Assembly (NCBI GenBank): GCA_040219255.1
Contig: JAVJSW010000055.1
Location: forward strand, 1-21,217
Length of the DNA stretch: 21,217 nt
Source of the DNA: Sumerlaeia bacterium
GTDB taxonomy: Bacteria; Sumerlaeota; Sumerlaeia; SLMS01; JAHLLQ01
Reading direction: 5' to 3'
Every line of letters begins with the position of its first letter. The stretch's first letter is position 1. Made by a program: the position numbers and the translations under genes. Below are positions 15,734-21,217 of the stretch, piece after piece. A model generated the notes under the pieces. That model worked only from the letters and a program-made list of their open reading frames with translations, did not search any database and was not told the DNA's origin.

Positions 15734-17203
15734 ATGAAAATGACCTCCTCGCCCCCCACCGCCGCCGCCTCGTCCGCCCCCGTGCCCGCGAACCAGCCGT
15801 CTCTCTGGAAGACGCGCTTTCCCGCGTGGGTGCTGCTCTTCGGCGATGTCAGCGGGTTTCTCTTCGCCTGGCTCGGCGCCTATCTGACGCGCCGGGCGCT
15901 GAACCCTCTGATGGGGCCGATCAACGATTGGGGGCCATATCTCGAACCCAAGGTGCTGATCTCGGTCGTCGCGCTGGGACTGCTGAATTGCATGGCGTTC
16001 CGAATGTACTATGTGCGGCGCCGGCTGTCGTCGATCAATGCGGTCGGCAGCTTGCTCAAGGCCAGTTACCACTACCTGCTTTACCTGGCGGTGATGGGAT
16101 ATTTTCTCAAGCACCTGGACCTCGGCCGGGCCGTCATCGCGCTGGCGGGGCTGTACGGGTTTCTGTGGCTGTACCTGAGCCGCACGTTCTTCCGGGTGCT
16201 GAAGCAGCGGGCGCTGGCGGCGGGCCGGGGATCGATCCGGACACTGATCGTGGGATCCGGTCCGCTGGGGCGGGATGTGGAGGCTTCTCTGAGAGATCAT
16301 CCGGAGATCGGCTTCGAGATCGTGGGCTTCGTCAGCCACCCCCGCGACATCGATCCGGCGTTGGCGGGCCAGCCCCCGGGGCCGGACATGCCGATCCTGG
16401 GCGGGGCCACGGAACTCGCCCAGACCGTCGCCCAGCACGACATCGAGGATGTGTTCCTCGCGGTGCCGCACTTGTCGCCCAACGATCAACTGGCGCTGGC
16501 CAACGCCGTGCGGCGCCCCGGCGCGCGGGTCCAGGTCGTCAGTAACCTCTTCGGCGTCCTGGTGCAGGCCGCCAACGTCGAGGAAATCGGCCGCTTTCCG
16601 GTGGTCACGCTGCGCGATGGGCGCCTTCCCTGGAGCCAGACGCTGGCCAAGCGCCTTTTCGATCTCGCCACCAGCTTGCTAGGCTGCCTGGTCTGGATGC
16701 TGTTCTTCCATTGGTGGATCGCGCTCTGGATCAAGCTCGACAGTCAAGGCCCGGTCTTCTTCAGCCAGGAGCGCGTCGGCAAAGACGGCCGCCGCTTTCG
16801 CCTCTGGAAGTACCGCACCATGCGCACCGACTCGGATCCCTACGCGGTGGCGCCGTTTCAATCCGACGACCCCCGGATCACCCGGGCGGGGCGGTGGCTG
16901 CGCAAGACCAGCCTGGATGAACTGCCCCAACTCTGGAACGTCCTGCGGGGCGACATGGCGATGGTGGGCCCCCGGCCCGAGATGCCGTTCCTGGTCGAGC
17001 GATACGAGGCGTGGCAGCGCCGGCGCCTGGATGTGAAGCCGGGGCTGACGGGTCTGTGGCAGGTGATCGGCCGCAAGAACCTGCCGCTGCACCTGAACAT
17101 GGAGTATGACTTCTACTACATCATGAACCAGTCGCTTTGGCTGGACATCGAGATTCTGTTCCGGACGGTGCCGGCGGTGCTGAAAGGCAGAGGCGCCTTC
17201 TGA
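15734..17203 (+). CDS. Polyprenyl-phosphate glycosylphosphotransferase (WcaJ/WbaP-like sugar transferase)
   Basis: N-terminal TMs, LIVGSG domain, [57 protein letters not shown]. Start uncertain (15719-15740). Confidence 0.93.
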   Translation: MKMTSSPPTAAASSAPVPANQPSLWKTRFPAWVLLFGDVSGFLFAWLGAYLTRRALNPLMGPINDWGPYLEPKVLISVVALGLLNCMAFRMYYVRRRLSSINAVGSLLKASYHYLLYLAVMGYFLKHLDLGRAVIALAGLYGFLWLYLSRTFFRVLKQRALAAGRGSIRTLIVGSGPLGRDVEASLRDHPEIGFEIVGFVSHPRDIDPALAGQPPGPDMPILGGATELAQTVAQHDIEDVFLAVPHLSPNDQLALANAVRRPGARVQVVSNLFGVLVQAANVEEIGRFPVVTLRDGRLPWSQTLAKRLFDLATSLLGCLVWMLFFHWWIALWIKLDSQGPVFFSQERVGKDGRRFRLWKYRTMRTDSDPYAVAPFQSDDPRITRAGRWLRKTSLDELPQLWNVLRGDMAMVGPRPEMPFLVERYEAWQRRRLDVKPGLTGLWQVIGRKNLPLHLNMEYDFYYIMNQSLWLDIEILFRTVPAVLKGRGAF

Positions 17204-17206
17204 GCA

Positions 17207-17234
17207 CAAGAAAACGGCCTCGCTGCGAGGCCGT
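17207..17234 (-). terminator. Intrinsic terminator for yqeK-rsfS
   Basis: ACGGCCTCGC-N-GCGAGGCCGT palindrome (17214-17234) followed on the minus strand by TTTCTT. Confidence 0.7.
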
Positions 17235-17322
17235 GGGGGCGCTTTCTCTGGCCGTGCCAGGGGGATGGCTGGCGCGGTGATCGAAAGGGCTGTGGGGGTC
17301 CTGGAAACGCGTTTTCCGGGAC

Positions 17323-17709
17323 TTAGCCGACGCTCTCGGTGGTGGCGCCTTCTCCGGACCAGGCCACTTCTTCGCCGTCGCCCCACAGGTCTTCCAGCCG
17401 ATAATAGAATCGCGCCTCGTGGTTCATGATGTGCACGATCACATCGCCGTAATCCAGCACGATCCAGTTCGTGCCGGAGGCGCCATCGGTGATGGGCGTG
17501 CCGGCGCCCGCCTGCTTCAATCCCATGTGGATCGAATTGGCGATGGCTTTGAGCTGGAGGTTCGTGCTGCCTTCGCAGATGACGAGCACATCGGTGAAGG
17601 GGCAGACGTTGCGGACGTCGAGGACGGTGACGTTTTCCGCCTTCTTGTCGTCGGCCAGGCGAGCCACCTCGGTGGCTTTCGTGATCGGGTCATGGAACGT
17701 CAGGGTCAA
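17323..17709 (-). CDS. rsfS: Ribosome silencing factor
   Basis: DKKAENVTVLDV, WIVLDYGDVIVHIM, RFYYRLEDLWGD; TTG start at 17709 with AAGGGAGG SD. Confidence 0.95.
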   Translation of the reverse strand: MTLTFHDPITKATEVARLADDKKAENVTVLDVRNVCPFTDVLVICEGSTNLQLKAIANSIHMGLKQAGAGTPITDGASGTNWIVLDYGDVIVHIMNHEARFYYRLEDLWGDGEEVAWSGEGATTESVG

Positions 17710-17732
17710 AAAACAGTCCTCCCTTATGAGGG

Positions 17733-18383
17733 TCAACCGGTGTGAGAGTCAACCGGGTCGGGGGTTTCCGCCCCGAGCCATTGGAGCATGGCGCGGGTGC
17801 GGGGGTGAATGGTGCGGCCTTTGGCGCGCAGGAACGAAAGCTTGTGCTGGGCCACGGCGGTGGCGGCGTCGCGGCAATCCATCGCCATGAAGGAACGGCG
17901 GGCGTTCTCGACGCCGGGCCAGGAGCGGGAAGGCTCGATAAAGTCCGCCACGAACAGGGTCAGGCCGATTTCATCCAGCCCGTCGGCCCCGGTCGGATGG
18001 TAGGCGACGGCCTCGAGCACGCTCCGGTGACGAATGCCATAGCGGTCGTGGCCTTCCTGGGCGGCGATGAGGCCGTGCCAGATGGCGGGCGAGTCGAGGT
18101 CGTCGTCCGTGGGGGGGAAAAGGGTGCAGGCGCCGAGCTTGCGGCGCTGTTCGTCCTTGGGGTCGTTTTTGGCCAGATCGTGCAGCAGGGCGGCGATGAG
18201 GCAAGCGTGCGCGTCCAGGCCCCATTGCTCCGCGAGAGTGACCGCCATGCCTTCCACGCCGAGCACGTGCACGCGGCGCGATTCATTTGGAGTTCGTTGC
18301 AGGAGTTCGCTTCGAAGCTCCTGGGCGAGTGTTGGCGGGAATGCGGTCGTAATGGCCTCCAAAGCCCTTTCTGCGTCGGTCAT
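17733..18383 (-). CDS. yqeK: YqeK family HD-domain hydrolase (symmetrical Ap4A hydrolase)
   Basis: RRVHVLGV, AALLHDLAK, WHG, AVAYHPTG, LFVADFIEPSR; adjacent to rsfS. Confidence 0.9.
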   Translation of the reverse strand: MTDAERALEAITTAFPPTLAQELRSELLQRTPNESRRVHVLGVEGMAVTLAEQWGLDAHACLIAALLHDLAKNDPKDEQRRKLGACTLFPPTDDDLDSPAIWHGLIAAQEGHDRYGIRHRSVLEAVAYHPTGADGLDEIGLTLFVADFIEPSRSWPGVENARRSFMAMDCRDAATAVAQHKLSFLRAKGRTIHPRTRAMLQWLGAETPDPVDSHTG

Positions 18384-18624
18384 TCGGGTTGGCCGGAGGA
18401 GCGCGAAGCCACCGGACCTTTGACAAGGGTATCGCACCGGCGAGCGGCCCGCGCAATGTTTTTCGACCCGGCTTTGTGAAAACTTCGTAAAGCGCCGGGA
18501 GGGGGCCGCGGTCCCTGAATATCCTTGGCCCCTTGCCGTAGGGTTCGCATGATGCTGGCGAATGCCAATCGCCGGATTTCGAAGACACCTGTCTTTGGAT
18601 CATTTCGCAAGGACGGACAGCCCC

Positions 18625-19569
18625 ATGCTTCCCTTTCTCTTCATCGTTCAGGAAAAAACCGCCGCCATCGTCGAACGCGCCGGCAAATTCCATCAAATCT
18701 GCCAACCCGGCGTGCATCTCAAATTGCCCATCATCGACCGCGTCGCCGCGCGCGTTTCCCTCAGGCAACAGCAGTTGGACGTGCAGATCGAGACCAAGAC
18801 GAAGGACAACGTGTTCGTTCGCCTGGCCATCGCGGTGCAGTACTACGTCATCGAGGAAAAGGTCAAAGAAGCCTTCTACCAGCTTAGCAACCCGATGATG
18901 CAGATCGAGTCCTACATCTACGACGAAGTGCGCGCCCAGGTGCCCAAGATGAAACTCGACGATGTCTTCGAGAACAAGGAAGACATCGCCGTGGCCGTGA
19001 AGGCGTCCCTGGAAGAGGACATGTCCAAGTACGGCTACGCCATCGTCAAGACCCTGGTGAACGACATCGACCCGGACCCGAACGTCAAAAAGTCGATGAA
19101 CGAAATCAACGCCGCCCAGCGCCATCGTGTCGCCGCCGAAGAACGAGGCAACGCCGACAAGATCCTGCGCGTCAAGCAGGCGGAAGCGGAAGCGGAAGCC
19201 GCCAAACTCCGCGGCGTCGGCATCGCCGACCAGCGCCGCGCCATCGTCGATGGCCTGCGCCAGAGCATCGAGGAATTCCAGAAAGGCGTCCCAGGCGTTT
19301 CCGCCAGCGATGTCATGCAACTGGTCGTCATGACCCAGTACTTCGATGCCCTGAAGGACATCGCCGGCGCCGCCAACAGCAACACCATCATGATTCCTCA
19401 CTCGCCCGGAGCGGTCGGCGATCTGGCTGATCAGATTCAGAATTCCATCATGACCGGCAACTTGGCCACCCAGGCGCATAACGAAGGGGTTGGCAAGACC
19501 ATCCCGTCCGACGCCTATCAGGAGCCCGTCCACCCCTACCCGCACACACCGCCGCCAGTGGGCCAGTAG
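18625..19569 (+). CDS. SPFH/band 7 domain protein
   Basis: IVERAGKF, ETKTKDNVFV, SMNEINAAQR, AEAEAEAAKLRGVGIADQRRAIVDGL, TQYFD; AAGGA SD before ATG 18625. Confidence 0.93.
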   Translation: MLPFLFIVQEKTAAIVERAGKFHQICQPGVHLKLPIIDRVAARVSLRQQQLDVQIETKTKDNVFVRLAIAVQYYVIEEKVKEAFYQLSNPMMQIESYIYDEVRAQVPKMKLDDVFENKEDIAVAVKASLEEDMSKYGYAIVKTLVNDIDPDPNVKKSMNEINAAQRHRVAAEERGNADKILRVKQAEAEAEAAKLRGVGIADQRRAIVDGLRQSIEEFQKGVPGVSASDVMQLVVMTQYFDALKDIAGAANSNTIMIPHSPGAVGDLADQIQNSIMTGNLATQAHNEGVGKTIPSDAYQEPVHPYPHTPPPVGQ

Positions 19570-19576
19570 AGAGATC

Positions 19577-20062
19577 GTGGAGGCGGCGACGCCCGGCGGC
19601 ATCCTTACGGCGATCTTCATCTCCCCCGTCGCCGGGGCGCCGATGGAACGGCGCCAGCAAGTGGCCGCCATCGCCGGGCTCGGGCTTGAGGGCGATCGCT
19701 ACGCGGCGGGCGAGGGCTCCTTCAGCCGCTGGCCCGGCCCCGGGCGCGAGGTTTCTCTGATCGCCGAGAAAGACCTGATCGCGGTCCGCGAGGCCAGCGG
19801 CATCGACCTCCTCTCCAACCGCTCCGGTGCACACCGCCGCAACCTCGTGGTGCGCGGCCTCGACCTGGAGGCGCTCCTGCAGCGCGATTTCCGCGTGGGC
19901 GAAGCGCTCCTGCACGGCGAACGCCCCTGCCGCCCCTGCCGCTACCTCGATCGGGTGTCGGGCCTGGGGCTGTACGAAGTCCTGAAAAATCATGGCGGCG
20001 GCGGACTGAGGGCGCGCGTTGTGGAGGGCGGGTGGATGGCGGTCAGGGATCGGGTGGGCTAG
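19577..20062 (+). CDS. MOSC domain protein
   Basis: GLEGDRY, REVSLI, RRNLVVRG, CRPC, GGLRARVVEGG; GTG start inferred. Confidence 0.88.
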   Translation: MEAATPGGILTAIFISPVAGAPMERRQQVAAIAGLGLEGDRYAAGEGSFSRWPGPGREVSLIAEKDLIAVREASGIDLLSNRSGAHRRNLVVRGLDLEALLQRDFRVGEALLHGERPCRPCRYLDRVSGLGLYEVLKNHGGGGLRARVVEGGWMAVRDRVG

Positions 20063-20451
20063 GCGAGAGCCGAGTCGCCCGCCAATTCCTCCTCGACGGA
20101 GAACAGGCATTCGAGGGGCATGCCGAGGCCTTTGTGCAGGCGCGCGATGGTCCGCTTGCTCAGGCGCCGCTGGCCACTGAGAAACTGCGACACGGCCGCT
20201 TTGCTGCCAAAGTACGGCACCAGGTCGCTCTGCGTCCAATCGTTCTGCTCCATGTAGAATGTGAGCATTTCGCGGGGCGATGGATCGCCCATCGGGTAAA
20301 CGCGCTCTTCGTACTCGCGGACCAGCATCAGCAACACGTCCAGCTCATCGCCCCCGGGCGATCCTGGAGCGGATTCCCAGAGGTCCTCGATGCGCTGGAG
20401 GATGGCCTCGTAATCGGCTTTGGTCTTGATGAGCGAAGCGATGTGGCCCAT
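20059..20451 (-). CDS. higA: HigA-type HTH antitoxin
   Basis: IKTKADYEAILQRIEDL...DELDVLLMLVREYE...MEQNDWTQSDL...GSKAAVSQFLSGQRRLS; TAAGGA SD. Confidence 0.9.
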   Translation of the reverse strand: MGHIASLIKTKADYEAILQRIEDLWESAPGSPGGDELDVLLMLVREYEERVYPMGDPSPREMLTFYMEQNDWTQSDLVPYFGSKAAVSQFLSGQRRLSKRTIARLHKGLGMPLECLFSVEEELAGDSALA

Positions 20452-20464
20452 GGGCGAGGTGTCC

Positions 20465-20769
20465 TTACTTGAGATCGAGCCTGTCGTATTCGGCATGCGT
20501 TCCAATGAATTTCACGAAGACGGCTCGCCGGGAATAATTCAAGGAAACGACGAGCCGATACTTGTTCCCGCAGATTTTGAAAACGGCCCTGTCATTGTCG
20601 AGAATGCTCGCGGTGGAGAAGAGCCGTTGATGTCTGCCGAATTATCCCATTCCTCTTTGCTCACCGCCTTGTGCCACCGCTTGAGAGCTACTTCGGCCGA
20701 GGGGTCGCTTTGGGCTGTGGGATGATTCTCCCATAAGTCTCCAAGCGTGCCTTTGGAAACGATCTGCAC
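20465..20769 (-). pseudogene. higB: HigB mRNA-interferase toxin, frameshifted (1-nt deletion near 20627)
   Basis: Frame A from GTG 20769: MQIVSKGTLGDLWENHP...LKRWHKAVSKEEWDNSADI. Frame B after ATC-AA: RLFSTASILDNDRAVFKICGNKYRLVVSLNYSRRAVFVKFIGTHAEYDRLDLK* (TAA 20467-20465). Confidence 0.88.
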
Positions 20770-20831
20770 CGAGCGAGGAACTCCTGGGACCCAGATGATG
20801 CGAAGTATTTCACTGGAGACAGGATTTGCCA

Positions 20832-20864
20832 ACGCGGGAGTTTGCATTTTGTAAACTCCCGCGT
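20832..20864. promoter_or_regulatory. 15-bp inverted repeat upstream of higB, likely HigA operator
   Basis: ACGCGGGAGTTTGCA-TTT-TGTAAACTCCCGCGT (14/15). Confidence 0.55.
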
Positions 20865-21157
20865 GAGTCCGTATCGTTTACGCAGAGCACGGCCACCTGG
20901 CAGGCGCCGAGGCAGGACGCCACGGTCGAATTCTGGACCGAATCATTAAGGGCCCATCTGGAACATAGCCTTTGCTACGAATTAGAAAGTGTCGTGGAAT
21001 TTCAAGTCACCATAAGCCCCCGCCCCAGGGCGCCTCATCCGCCTGCTCGTGCCCGCCCCGCCGCCGGGCGATTCCACAGGACCTTCTCAAGGTACCACTT
21101 GACATTGTGGGCCATCAGGCCGTGAGTTCCGGCATCCCCTTCTCGCTGCTGCCCCCC

Positions 21158-21217
21158 ATGACCACCGCTCCTTCCCAAGGCTCCCAAGATACCATCTGGC
21201 TCGATCTCGCCGACACC
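21158..21217 (+). CDS. Possible 5' start of a gene running off the window (MTTAPSQGSQDTIWLDLADT...)
   Basis: ATG 21158 open to the window end; TTGACA at 21099-21104 upstream. Only 20 codons visible. Confidence 0.4.
   Translation, partial: MTTAPSQGSQDTIWLDLADT

Noticed and set aside
20539-20847. 102-aa ORF as an intact gene
   Set aside because: It is the first half of the frameshifted higB with out-of-frame tail and upstream extension.

Overview
GC-rich bacterial chromosome segment, very probably origin-proximal: it carries parA-parB and four parS sites. The left edge holds the 3' end of a probably secreted Ig-like-domain protein ending in SVSNWAIFE. It is followed by a 50-aa peptide gene absent from the ORF track, which has a YxxP(R)I RiPP-leader-like motif, and then a terminator. 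On the minus strand lie an M16 peptidase pair (catalytic subunit plus lipoprotein subunit), a hypothetical gene, a tandem-thioredoxin protein, an AbrB-Doc TA module, tolQ/exbB-tolR/exbD-tolA/tonB, parB-parA and a periplasmic-binding-like protein. Further right are a secreted protein, an MlaF-like ATPase, a class IV aminotransferase, a class II aldolase with a microcompartment encapsulation-peptide-like tail, a WcaJ-like sugar transferase, yqeK-rsfS, SPFH, MOSC and a HigBA module. Both TA toxins are broken by single-base lesions (nonsense in doc, -1 frameshift in higB) while both antitoxins are intact. The C-terminal motif tentatively suggests Candidatus Sumerlaeota (BRC1); this is from recollection and not verified. 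All calls come from reading the sequence by eye; no searches were run.
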